Assembly: GCA_030390025.1 (NCBI GenBank)
Contig: CM059432.1
Span: forward strand, 57,042,001-57,106,000
Direction: 5' to 3'
DNA from: Squalus acanthias
Lineage: Eukaryota
DNA: 64,000 bases
Position numbers and translations under genes: made by a program. Shown piece after piece: positions 1 through 12,540 of this stretch. The notes under the pieces are model-generated. The model was given only the letters and a program-made list of their open reading frames with translations. It searched no databases and was not told where the DNA came from. How positions within the stretch are numbered: the first letter of the stretch is position 1; every line of letters begins with the position of its first letter.

Positions 1-27
1 TACCATTAGCATCTGTGTAACAACAAT

Positions 28-714
28 GGCCTGGATTTTCCGGGGCCTATGACCATGTACACACAGCGTACATGGTCGTACATGCTCCGCAAGTTCCGGG
101 TTTCCGCACGAAAACCCGGAATTTGCAATCTGTCAAGATTCTGCTTAACCGATCGTACAAATCCACAGGAAATGGACATTCGCTGGTGCATTTGCCCAAC
201 TACTGCCCACTAATCTCTTACACTTTCTTTTACCTGCATAAGGTTTAAATAAATATTAAAATAATTTTTTACAATTGATTTAAACATTCAAAAACCTTTA
301 AAATTAGCTTAGGTTATTTTTGGCCCCTTTAAAAAATGTTTACATTTATTTTTCAAAAAATTAAATTTTTGTTTTAAATGTTTGATTAAATTGTATTTTA
401 ATTAATTTTGAACATGTGATGATTTATTTTTATTTAACTGCTGTGAAAGTGTTTTTTGGGTGATTCCTTTCAGCTTATGGGGATTCCGTACGTAAGTGGA
501 ATCCCCATAAGCATAATGGGAATCCCCCTTTGTGATTGGTTGGGCCGGCCCACGTGATCCCAGGGACGCTTGCGAACCGCATGCGCCCCTGGGATACATG
601 GGCCTTTACACAGGCCCAGGAGCGCAAGTGTCCAGAGACACCAGGTAGGTGCGTACTTTTCTTGCGGTTCAAAGCGTTCGCCTGTGACAAGCCTCCGACC
701 GCAATTTCCACCCC
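28..714 (-). mobile_element. Harbinger-type MITE, hairpin-rich family, copy A (reverse orientation to copies B-D)
   Basis: Imperfect TIRs GGCCTGGATTTTC / CAATTTCCACCCC, flanks AAT/ATT. Shares the GGATCACGTGGGCC..CCAAT..AAGGG core and AT-rich centre with copies at 8957, 23237 and 63346. Confidence 0.8.
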
Positions 715-3700
715 ATTATAAAGGAGCTATTAGAGTCCTCTCCTGTGGTGGTGTCATTGCTTTGGCACTGTGAATGGTTAATGTAGAGTAATTGATGGGA
801 GTCCTCCTTTGTACAATTTTTTTAGATATTGTAGTATCATCTCATTTTTAACCACCAATGAAAATTGTTTATCATTTATTAAGATGTCTTTATGCGTGCA
901 GTATTTAACTTCTCTTTTGTAACAGTGTCCAAATGTTTGTATGGTTTCATATGTTGGTAAGCTGACTAAGGCAGTAAATGATTACCTACATTTTAAATAA
1001 AAACAAGCAATGCATCACTGGAGTTGACTGGTATACTGGACAGTTGCTGCTGTATGCCTGATAAAGTGTCCATTTCTACATTGTGCCTGTCATACTCGGC
1101 TTTCATTATTTACATCGTGATGCTAGTAGTTGTGTATGGTTTAATCAGGCACAGGATAGAATAGCTAAGTATGGCAATATCTTAATCAAATAATAACATT
1201 ATGAAATGAAAAATACAAAGGAGTTGAGGTGAAAGTAGGGAGGAGCAATTATTTCTTCAGTTGATTAACCATAACATTTTGATCAAGCACAGCTACAGTT
1301 GATTTCTCAATTAAAATTCAGTTTCAACTCTGTAAATGAAAATAACTCCTATCCAATGACTTTTATTTGTTTTAGTTTTGCATTATTAAGCAGTCACAGA
1401 AATTTGAATTTGTTTTATCCTCTGACGTCTATATCCATTCCTTTCCCAGTTTTGTTGGGACTGATCACAAGCTTATAATAGTTAATCAAAATCTAGAACA
1501 ATGAATTAGTACCCAATTCATTAAAGATTGCACAGCTTATTTTAGGGATGATTTCTAAAATATATTCATGAGACATACTTTTAGGCAGTATTTTATGGTG
1601 TGGTACATTGATATGTCTCTGTTTTCCTGTTTTCAACGTGCCTCTTTTTCATAAACCTCTGAGCAGTTGTGCTGACACAATTTGTGATAGAAATGCTACA
1701 TTTAATTGTTCTAGAATATATCTACCTTTGTGTAAAAAAACATGGTGTGCTCCTATAACTTTCCTGTGTTCTCCCTCCACAAATATTATGTGATGTTTAA
1801 ACTTGTTCTCTCTTTATTCGTCTCCCCCAAAGGACCGTTTCAGATTAAGAGTTAAATTAATTATTAATTATTTTATGTGCCAACATTTTATGGCTATATT
1901 TAGAAAGTTTCCACAATAGACCCAAGACCTTATGTTTCCAAACTATCGTCAAACATTAACAGGCATATTTGAATTTCCAGTTCATTCCAGTTCATTTACT
2001 TCATGTCATCTGAGGTTGGCTGATATATTGGGAGATGCCATGATTCATGTACACTGTAAATTTATGTAAAATCTGCCTCCTCTTTATTTTATAAAGATTT
2101 GTCAAAACTTTTGTGTGTTCTGGATGTTGGCATTTTAAAAAAAATCTAAAAATGTCACCGATACTGATTGTACAAATATTGTAGGATACCAGTAACATTT
2201 AATGCACATATATTTAAAATGTCAAATTCTTACCACCTTTAACATTGCCATTCATTTTGAATTTATATGTTGGAGATTATACATCAGGGCCGGGATTGGG
2301 GCAGTCTAAGAGTGTCTTTTGTAGTCAACCATGATTGAATAGTAAAGTTGGATAGATATTCAGACGTTTCATTTAATTAACTTTGGAGATCAGGGAGTAT
2401 TTCAGGAAAATTTTGTCCGAGGAGAGTAAATAACTTGTTTGAGGTTAACTTATGCTCATTGCATTTTTCCTGTGTTCTTATGTAAAATGTTAGGATATTT
2501 TTTGTATGAACAGTAAAGCAAAAATAAACTGGCACTATGAAATATATCTAGAGCCTCGTAATTCAGTCTTCATGTGCTTACCTCATAGAGTTACCTCATA
2601 ACATGCTAATCTGCATTAATTCACTCTAGAGATTGTACTCACAGTCTGTTTGTTGCTGGGTAAAAGCAATTAATAGATGCAACATGTTGATGCTGGTCCA
2701 TTTCTCGTCACATTGGCTGCAGTGTCAAACAGAGGAACTTTTTAAGTAAGTAAAGCAAGAAAGTTAACGAGCAGTACTTTATCTGTCAAATTGCAAAGGA
2801 AAATTGAACATGGAAAGAAATGGGGTGTGTAATGATGTGACCATTTCCACAAAGACTTAACAGATATAATTTTATCAGAAGTACCTTCTGCCCAATCAGC
2901 AATACTACAAGTAAATGAAGTAGCTTTGCAGTAGACTAGTATGAATACATTTTCAATCCCATTTGTGTACTTTTCAGGCCCAAGATTTTGCAAGCATTTA
3001 TTGGTCCATATGTTACCAATTTCAGAAATGCAAATGACTTTAACACTCCACCTGTCTTTCAGCTCTGATTCTGGAGTCCTGAGAGCCCTCCTGTCAAGTA
3101 CTGTCCATATATAGCCTGCTACTGTTCAAAAACTGATTTAGCACAGGCCACCCCAGTGTTCCCACAGCTGCACTGCAGTGATACCTCCTGCAGTAATAAT
3201 TGTGCTCAGAATCTTGAAATAAAAAAACCATTAAATATTTTTGTCTTTCCTCTTGGGTTTGTTGTCACTTTTTTTCTGCAGACTGTGGCAAATTTATAAA
3301 TTCAACATATGTGAAACTGTAGGTTTTGTTGTGTGTATATACCTTTTATTTTTGCACATTGGGACCAAACATCCATCAAAAATAAAATAAAGTATTGCTT
3401 CCTCAGTCCTCCATTTTTGAGATTTAGTTACAGCAACCACTTATTAAATTGCCATAAATAATTGAAATCAGAGCTGGATTCATATAGAAGTGGAAGATTT
3501 CTAATGAATGTGTAACAGCTGCTCTAATGGATTGGCACTATTACCAAATCAGTTGCTTCATCTTGCCGTATAGAAATCAACATATTTTCTATTACAGCTT
3601 TTTCTTGAAAACAATCCAATGATTATTAGAACCAAATACGTGCATTCAACAGTTAGTGCTCTTGAGCTTTGGCAGGCTCCTCTTGTGTATGCGTTCACAC

Positions 3701-4555
3701 TAAAAGGAAAAGAGGTTTCTGTGGTTCTCAGACCTGCTGCATTCACTCTAAGCAAAGAAATAGCCGTGTCAATTATTGAAAACACTTACTTAAGTTCCTT
3801 ATATTTGGAATTTCATCCCACAAACCTGATCTTTAATAGTATCAAGTTATTCCAACAGTTTTGATTGCAAGTGGTTGAGGGATTTCCAAGCTTTGGTTTG
3901 GCAGTACCATAACGTGTGGTATTTATAATCGAACTCTTGTGGGAGGTTTTAAACTATTACAATTGAAAGATTTAATTTAGAATCACTCCGAGTGATAGTC
4001 TAATTCTGCTTAAATGTGTTGGTGTGAAGGTTGGTTCATAGTAACTTATTGTCAATTTATCAAATAGCTCTGTCGTACTGTGTCTAGTGAATTTAAAGCA
4101 TTTTCTGTAAAATGCAGAGTCAGACACAGGATAGTTAGATGTAAGTTTCTGTAAATAATTCTATAAATAATTTTGTTTGTAAAATCGAGGTGTTTCAGCA
4201 TTTTTGATTTACCAGTTTGGAGTCTATATTCATTTAAGCATATTTTTGTTCAGTTTTGAAATGAAGTGCATCCTTTACACATTGTAAAAGTAAAGCGAAG
4301 CTTGATTGGCTCGAGAAAAGGTGTGGGTCGATTTTCAATGTAAGTCAGTTCCAAATAGTTAAAAACTGGTTCAAATCTCACCAGAATAATAATGAGCTAA
4401 TAGCACTCCATTTTCATGGTCTATTGGCATAATCATTCACAGCTTCAGGTGCAGATTTAGATGTGTGCAAGAGCCACATTAGTGGTGAAAGTGGAAAATT
4501 GTATGTTGGTGAAATTTAACAGGATGCAAATAATTAAAGGTAAGCACCAGAACAC

Positions 4556-5145
4556 GAGGAGAAAAATTCTTGCAGCATTTGAAAGAACTAAAAGGCATTT
4601 GATCCATTGGCAGCTTTGGCAAGGCTGAAGGGACGGGGCAGCTAAGAAGTGGCAGGCTGAAATGAAGGGAAATGAAATGCAGCATGCTGGCATAAGTCTG
4701 CAAATACTACGGCAGTCCAGTACCCAACCCCTCCGCCCACCGCTCCCCCCTGCTTCTGATGGCCACAATGGTACCTGACGCATGACGTCGTCTCACAGTG
4801 TGCCTTCATGAGTGGAAGATCCACCCAGAGGTGACTCAGAAATATTCAAGATTTGGGAATGCGTAGTCATACCTTCCCGTGACAACCACCAGATCCTAGA
4901 TTTCTGCTTGAGGACAGGAGCCATATCAGCTAATAGGCTAAAACATTTCTTCTTTTTCTACTTGTTGCCTCTGTTTCTCCTGAGCCCCCAATATTGCAAA
5001 AGATGCAAGTAACCTTTTATTTACCTTGCAAACCATGGTTCTCGGAAATTTTGGTAGTGAGCAGGACAGTATTCAACTGCCCCTCAGAAGAAATCTGGTG
5101 CAAGATATTCCATCCATTGCCTATGTATGGATGAAATCTAGCCCC
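4556..5145. mobile_element. Degenerate Harbinger-type MITE
   Basis: GC-richer island ending in GAAATCTAGCCC, resembling the AAAATCCAGCCC terminus of other elements here. Left end uncertain. Confidence 0.4.
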
Positions 5146-5541
5146 TCTTGCAGTTGGTAGGTTAAATATTGCATCCAAACCTAGGAACACTTTAGTTGAT
5201 AACTTGGTTATTGAAATGTGATGACTGTTAAGGCAACATCTCCAACCTTCAACAGTAGATGAACTTGGTTAGTTGACCCAGGGCATCCAGTTTGTGCAGT
5301 GGTGTTACACAAAGTAGGTTTGCCTAATCTCATTTGATGTCCTTCACATTCTGGAGTATTTATTAAAAATTGGTTTAAAACGCAGTTTTATTCAGATTAA
5401 TATTACAGCTAATGTGGTTCTGCATGATCTGTTTATGTTGTTTAATTTATGCAAGCTTATTTTGAAATTGTACCCATATAGGGCTATTCCCAATTTGGAT
5501 TTCATTCTAGTTCTTTACAAGTTAATGTGTTCACCATTCAA

Positions 5542-6370
5542 GGGCTGGATTTTGTCAATGGGGACGTGATGGAGGCGGGACTCCCACTTTTTGGGTTGTA
5601 GTCCCGCCTCCATCGACTTGTGGCCAACCCACTGTATTTTCCCTTGATTGACCTTGTTAAGCCCACCCAGCGGGCTCAGCAAGCCAATTAAGGGCCACCC
5701 GGCAACAGGTGACATCACAGATTGACATTTCATCTGTTAAGAGCTTTTGACAGATGAAATATCAGCGTTTGACAGCTCCTTGAAGCTGTCAAACACTGAC
5801 AATCTGTCCTCTAAGTTAATTCCTTTCTCTCAGGCTGATTTAGAGATCTCTGCAGAACAAAAAGCAGAGGCTGCAGCTTTTGACAGCTCAATGGCCATTC
5901 TGCTTTCTGTGCCGGTGAGATTTCTGACTCCCGACACCTGCAGGAGGAAGTTAAAGTAAGTAAAACTTTTTTCCACACTTTACACTTACCTTACACACTT
6001 ACCTCTGCACACATGCACCCATCACTCATCTGCCCACCGGATATATCGACCCCTCCAACCCCTGCAGACCCACGGTCCACCTCGCTAAAACGGCGTGGTT
6101 CAGACCTGTCGGGAAGCCCACACTTCAGGGCTAAAAATAGGGATTCGGCAAAAAACTGCCTGTTAACTACCTGTTAACAGGCAGTTTATTAGCACTAATC
6201 CCCTTCCCGCCTCGGGGAGGCGGGTCCCAGCACAGGTCGGGTACCCGCCTCCTGTGAAACTGGCATGGAGGCGGGTTGGGGGCGGGATGTGTTCGGGACC
6301 CCCGAATCTGCTATTTTCCCACCCCACACGCCTCCAAACCCGCCTCCACGGGTCAATGAAAATTCTGCCC
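5542..6370. mobile_element. Harbinger-type non-autonomous element
   Basis: TIRs GGGCTGGATTTT / AAAATTCTGCCC with exact 3-bp TSD CAA (5539-5541, 6371-6373); internal palindromes. Confidence 0.85.
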
Positions 6371-7291
6371 CAAGTCTCTTCTCTTTGAACATGTGATTGT
6401 AACTTTCTTACTTGGAAAACTGCACTGTTGTTAGTACTGGTTTCAGCTTAGAAAGTTAGTGTAGATCAACTAGATTTGATTTAACATACCACCTAGGCTG
6501 TCCTTAAGAATCATCTGCAGCTCCAACCAAAAGTTGCTTCCCAGTTTTATTTGGGTCAAGACATTGTTGTCCCCTTTGTTTATCTACCACCATACCAGCC
6601 ATAAATGTAGCATTGCTTTTACTATTAGGGAGCTCAAGTCAGTATATTTCAACAATTTTTTTTTCCCGATTGTGCAAAGACCAAAGCCAAACAAGTGACC
6701 AATCAACTTATGGTTAAGTGGATGGTTGTTTCAATGATGCATTGCTTCATCTTGCAAGATACAAGGCTAGGGGCTGGTTCAAGGTCATTCTTTGCTCAAT
6801 TTCTGGTTATTTCTCAATCAGCTTCTGATTGATAATACTTGTAAGGTTGCCACATGGAGTAATCATCACAAGTTAATTAAGTGTTGCTGTTTATATTTGA
6901 CCACTGCATGTGATAATGCCTTTTTCATGTTGGCCCTGGCAGTTGTTGTTATGGCCCAACAAGACTTCTCCCTGAATTGACACCACTTTGGTGTGCTCTG
7001 ACAATGTTTGGAGGATGGTTAAATGAAAAAGATAGATTATCAACCTTATAAGGTTTCCTTCCCTGTGCTCAAATAACATGCATCATCTACACACCACTAT
7101 ATTATCCAACTATACCATCAGATTCTGTAAAGGTGGTGTTTTTGGAGGGGGAGGGGTTAAGGGATTGATAGCTAATTAATTCAGTTAATCTGCAAGTAAA
7201 AAAAAAACCTAGTGCAATAGTGCATGTCTTGGGGCTTTATCGAGTGCGGGAGTGCGGCAGGGGATATCTACAATGTCATGATATTTATGGG

Positions 7292-7763
7292 CATCACCCC
7301 TGTGCTCGCTGACCTACATTGGCTCCCAGTTAAGCAACACCTCGATTTCAAAATTCTCATCCTTGTTTTCAAATCTCTCCATGGCCTCGCCAATTCCTAA
7401 CTCTGTAATCTCCTCCAACCCCACAACACCCCCCCCCCCCCCCCCGAGATATCTGCGCTCATCTAATTCTGCCCTCTTGAGCATCCCTGATTATAATCGC
7501 TCAACCATTGGTGACCATGGCTTCTGTTGCCTAGGTCCTAAGCTCTGGAATTCCCTGCCTAAACCTCTCCGCCTCTCTACCTCTCTTTCCTCCTATAAGA
7601 CGCACCTTAAAACCTACCTCTTTGAACAAGCTTTTGGTCACCTGCCCTAATTTCTCCTTGTGTGGCTTGGTGTCAAATTTTTTGTCTTATAATACTCCTA
7701 TGAAGTGCCTTGGGACGTTTTACTACGTTAAAGGCGCTATATAAATATAAGTTGTTGTTGTTG
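7292..7763 (+). mobile_element. L2-clade LINE, 3' fragment
   Basis: Encodes ITPVLADLHWLPVKQ...GPKLWNSLP...KTHLKTYLF; ends GGCGCTATATAAAT..AG(TTG)n. Confidence 0.9.
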
Positions 7764-7778
7764 TCATGTTAAACATAT

Positions 7779-7905
7779 GTGACTGGAATTTCGTGGGGAT
7801 TCTCCAAATTGTCTGCCATAAATCCACGGAAACCCTGGCGTAAACATCCGTTTCTGTCCCAAGTTATGGCGGGAGATTAGGGAACCCCTTCAGAAATTCT
7901 ATCAC
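7779..7905. mobile_element. Short MITE-like element
   Basis: Inverted ends GTGACTGGAATTTC / GAAATTCTATCAC; shares AAGTTAYGGCGG with 26140-26269. Confidence 0.5.
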
Positions 7906-8544
7906 GTGGTTTTTCTCAGAACCAATCAAACTAGATTATACTCCATTTGACGTGTTAAGGATGCATATCATTTGAAGAATTAATGAGTCCCTACAGGGTA
8001 GATCATTTGTATTTTAATGCATTAATTCTGCCTATCTAATCTTGTTAAATCATTACTGTTTAAAATATATACAGTTAACAGCAACCATCTCTGGATTCAC
8101 AGTCCATCTAGATCAGAGGTCTTAAAAGTGAAAGTACTGAACATTTGCTGATTGTAGTGTATTTGTGTTTGACATGCCAAAATACAGAGGAATAACTGAT
8201 GATTTTGAATGTAGGAAAATGAGCTGAAACTGCCAAATGGATGACTAGAAAAAGATACTGTAGGTTAGGAGTGAGCTTCAGTAATTGTCTGGTAGTGTCA
8301 AAATGAAAGCCTCAAAAAATGTTGCATCAGTTCTGGCACAATGTTGAGCTTATTTCGAGCATCAGTCAATTGAGCCTATGCAGCGGGTTTAGTTGAGTAG
8401 ATTTGCTGGCCATGTCAAGTTTTCATGTCTATAGGCAGAAAGATTGATTGCAATCCCACATCATCCTATAGTCTGCGAATGTTTTACATTATTGGCTAAA
8501 TTCTATGGGGTCGAAATTCCAATTTGCATGCTCCACCAGCGGAA

Positions 8545-8920
8545 CTACTACAACAACAACATCATCATGTATTTATATAGCGCTTTTAACATCATAAAAC
8601 ATCCCAATGCGCTTCACAGGAGCATTATAAAATAAAATTTGACACCAAGCCACATAAGGAGATATTGGGGCAGTAAAAGAGGTAGGTTTTAAGGAGCGTT
8701 CGTAAAGGAGGAAAGAGAGGCAGAGAGATTTAGGGAGGAAATTCCAGAGCTTTAGGATCTTGGCAGCTGAAGGCACGACCACTAATGGTGGAGCGATTAA
8801 AATCGAGGATGCTCAAGAAGCCAGAATTAGAGAATTGCAGATATCTTGGAGGGTTGTGGGGTTGGAGGAGATTACAGAAATAGGGAGGGGCAAGGCCATG
8901 GAGGGACTTGAAAACAAGCA
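8545..8920 (-). mobile_element. L2-clade LINE, 3' fragment
   Basis: (CAA)n tail on + strand; minus strand encodes LVFKSLHGLAPPY and LWNFLPK; same family as 7292. Confidence 0.9.
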
Positions 8921-8956
8921 GAATAGGGTGTAAGTCCACTGATGCCCAAAGATATA

Positions 8957-9614
8957 GGCCCTGAATTTCCGATCGGAGCCTTCCTGCGGGCGGATGCCTC
9001 CGATCGGAAAAAAATCTACGGAACTACCTGCTGGTTCGCAAGTGCCCCGGGATCACGTGGGTCAGGCGAACCAATCAAAGAAGGGAATCTCCCTTCATAC
9101 TTTTGACAGTTCTGTCCCTACAGACCTGTCAAAAGTATGAATGGGGATCACATTTAAAAACACACTAAAGCATTAAATAATCTTTTTTCTAAATTACATA
9201 ATTAAAATTAATTAAAATTCCATTTAATTAAATATTTTTTAAATTAATTATTTGAGAAAAATTAAATGTTTTTACGGGGCTAAAAATAAACTTACCTTTT
9301 TGAAGAGTATTTTTAATTTATAAATGAGTTATTAAATTTAATTTTTCTATTTTATAACACTTTTAAGCTGGTAAAAGCAGGCTTTACACCTGCTTTTACC
9401 AGACGTAAGAATTCTATGGCCTTTCAGCGGGCGGAAGTTGTGCAAAAAGCGCAAATCTCCACCCACAGAGGCACTTTTCCCAGGCAGGCGGATGATCTGT
9501 CAAGAGAATCCTCTGTCAAAAGAAGGCTTCGCATGCCTGAAAGCTGCACTTGTGAGGCCCCTACGGGTGCGTACACACCTCGTATGCACCCATGGGGATC
9601 GGAAAATCCATCCC
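8957..9614 (+). mobile_element. Harbinger-type MITE, hairpin-rich family, copy B
   Basis: TIRs GGCCCTGAATTTCCGATC / GATCGGAAAATCCATCCC; collinear with 23237-23981. Confidence 0.85.
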
Positions 9615-10314
9615 AATGACTCTGCCCCTAATTGCAGAGATCAAGGTCATTAGCATAGTCGGGCAGGCCATCGGTGCCTGCAAGCAGTACCAAGAACGGT
9701 AAAGTGGTGCACAACCCAGGCTGAATACAACAGTGACTTTCAACATTCTTCGGTTCTAAAGGGGAGCCAGTGCCAGAAAAAACAAAGATAATCAATCTTC
9801 ACTGTGATTGATTATCTTTGTCTGTGGGACTTTTTGGGACCTTTCTTAGGGACTCAACAGAACTGTCGCCCACAATTTTGCACCCTCCCCCAATTTTCCC
9901 CCAGCACCGGAATCTTCCATAAGGGTACAAGTGGGGCAGAAGCCCAATCAACTGAGTTATCCTCCATGATGGTTAATTGCCACAGAAGATAAAATGTTTA
10001 AAGAACTAGTCTAATGTATTTATGGCCATTAACATTTAAATTCTAGTACTATCATACAATAGAACCTTTTGATAGTAATGATTATAAATGCAATGGAAAT
10101 TAATAATTGAAGTGGACTGTCTAAAGGGACGAATGGGAATGTGAAACATTCTTTATAATATTCTATAGGACTAAGTGTTTTATAAAAGGCACTTTAGAAA
10201 GACACATTTAATGTACATGATTCCTGATGAATTCATTTTACCTTTGAGCTATTTTCATAAAATTATATTAATTAACCATTTTTGATAACCTATCAATACA
10301 TAGCTTCAGTTTTC

Positions 10315-11320
10315 ATATGAACAAATGAAAATGAAGGACAGGAAAAGACCAGCTGGTTAACCAAGTCTGTCACATTGTGTTTTTCTACAACTTATGCACA
10401 CCATGATCCCCCTAATCTAATGTACTGTAGCACCCAGATTTTTCTCTCGCTCCACAGACTTGAGCATGAAACATTGTATGATGCACACATGCTTGACATT
10501 GATCCTTTCCACATGCAAATCACGACATTTGTCCATATTAGATGGCATCTGCCCAATGCAGGCCCAATCTCTCATTGCATTTATATCTGCCTGGACCGGA
10601 ATTTTTAAGTTCTGAAATATGATATAAGGAGACTCTTGTATAAGAAGCTCTTCTGCTACCCTGATCCTTGCACTCCTGCACTCTTTTTGTCTAACAGATG
10701 TAAGTTCAAGTGAAGAAGGCCCTTTGGCCAATTTGATCTTCTCCTTGCAGAGTACACCACCCATCATAGCATCTACTTGTGCCATAAATGAGTCCTGCTC
10801 CTCCCACCAATTAATTCCAATTGTTGATCACCTTATAAGAAATACTTCCTTATGTCTGTCATGTCTGTCATAAATTTGCCTTTCACAATCCTGATCCTGT
10901 GCCCACTTGTCCTGTTGCCTTGTCATATCTGAAAGTATTGTTTTGAGTTTACTGTATTCCTTTGAGTATCTTATATATCTCTGTAAAGTCCCTCTGAGAT
11001 GTCTCTTTTCAAGGCTGTAGAGCCATAGCTTATCCAGTCATTCCTCATAAGTCTTCCTCTGACACCAGGGATCAGCCTCATTACACACATCTGCACTAAT
11101 TCTAGGGCTCTTACACAGTGACAACCAGAATTATATATGGTATTCTAGATGCAAACTGGCCAGGGCACTGCATGGCTTCAGAATGACTTCTGGGGATTGG
11201 AACTCAACTTATTTGGCAAAATAGCCAAGCTACCTATTTGCTTTGTTCGCTTCACCTCATTGTATTGAGACATGGTGAGCAATGATCCCTAGGTCTCTAT
11301 CAACTTCCACCTTGGCAATT
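10315..11320 (-). mobile_element. Old, heavily decayed CR1 LINE 3' region
   Basis: 10800-11300 aligns loosely by eye to the CR1 ORF2 C-terminal regions at 12850-13290 and 18400-18950. Confidence 0.55.
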
Positions 11321-11374
11321 CTATCACAAATATAAGTAAGGTGAAAGTAAGAAAGAGATATAAGTAAGGTTAGG

Positions 11375-11558
11375 GAAAGAAAGAAAGAAATAACTTGCAT
11401 TTATATAGTGCCTTTCACATCCTCAGGATGTCCCAAAGCACTTTACAGCCAATAAATTACTTTTGAAATATGATCACTGTTGTTTCGTCGGCAATAATAG
11501 CAGCCAATTTGTACACCAAGTCCCACAAACAGCAATGAGATGAATGACCAGTTAATCT
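11375..11558 (-). mobile_element. DeuSINE/SacSINE1-like SINE, 3' part
   Basis: (GAAA)n tail then ACTTGCATTTATATAG...CCCAAAGCACTTTACAGCCAAT; reverse complement of the tail at 45700-45812. Confidence 0.75.
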
Positions 11559-12117
11559 GGTATCGCAGGTGAGCTCGTTGGAAGTATAAGTTTATCTTTT
11601 CACTATTTTCCGCCCACCGGAGTATTTCCACAGTCTACATGCCTGTGCATATTTAAATGGCGGGGTCAGCGCCACAACCTCAAGATAGGCGGCAATCCTG
11701 CTCCCCTCGGTTCCAGTGACACAGCAGCACCATCAGAATGTTAGGCCTGAAGAGTATCTGACCTTTTTGTCGATTGTGTAAATCAAGTATTATGTTACTA
11801 TTTTATTCCTATCTTTCTGCTTATGTGTAACATCTTGTAAATAAATCTATTTGTTTTAGCTTGAGCAGCAAAGTCTGATAGTGTGATATTTATCACATTT
11901 CAGACTAGATGAGAGAACATGGTGGACATCCCATGTGGTCTCTGGTGTGACATACAGTAGCTAAGAACTAATTGTCCTATAGCATGCTAACCTGCTCACA
12001 GCCTGCATAAGGGTGCAGATTTCAATTCATAGTTGACTCAATCTGCTTATGCAAACCACCTTTTTGCTGTCAACACATTTTATAATTGGTCAGAACAAGC
12101 TTGAGCCCTAACAATCC

Positions 12118-12390
12118 TATCTGCCTATTCAGACAGATGTTAATGTTCCCATGACACTGTTGAAAAGAAGCAGGGAGTTCTGCTGGCATCCTGGGCAACA
12201 TTTCTCTTTCAACCAGTCCAGCCAAAAGCGAATAGTCACCTCATCGTTGTTTGTGAGGAAAAGGCTGCTGGATTTGACTACATAATAACTGTCACTACAC
12301 TTCAAAGTAATTCACTGCATGTGAACAGCTTTGAGACATTCTTGAGAAATGTAATGAGATGCTATGTAAATGCAATTTTTTCTTTCTTTC
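12118..12390 (+). mobile_element. DeuSINE/SacSINE1-like SINE, 3' half
   Basis: Matches 45570-45812 and 43082-43198 (CACTACACTTCAAAGTAATTCA...TAAATGCA..TTTCTTTC). Confidence 0.7.
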
Positions 12391-12540
12391 AATTACATAT
12401 GATGTTACATGAAGGTTACAACTGGTGCATTGTGTACTCCAGCATTTCTTATAAATGTTCACAATAATAAAATATATCCTTTCAAAAGAACAATTAACTT
12501 TTAAAAGGCTAATGCGGATACATTTGTCAGATTTGAATAA

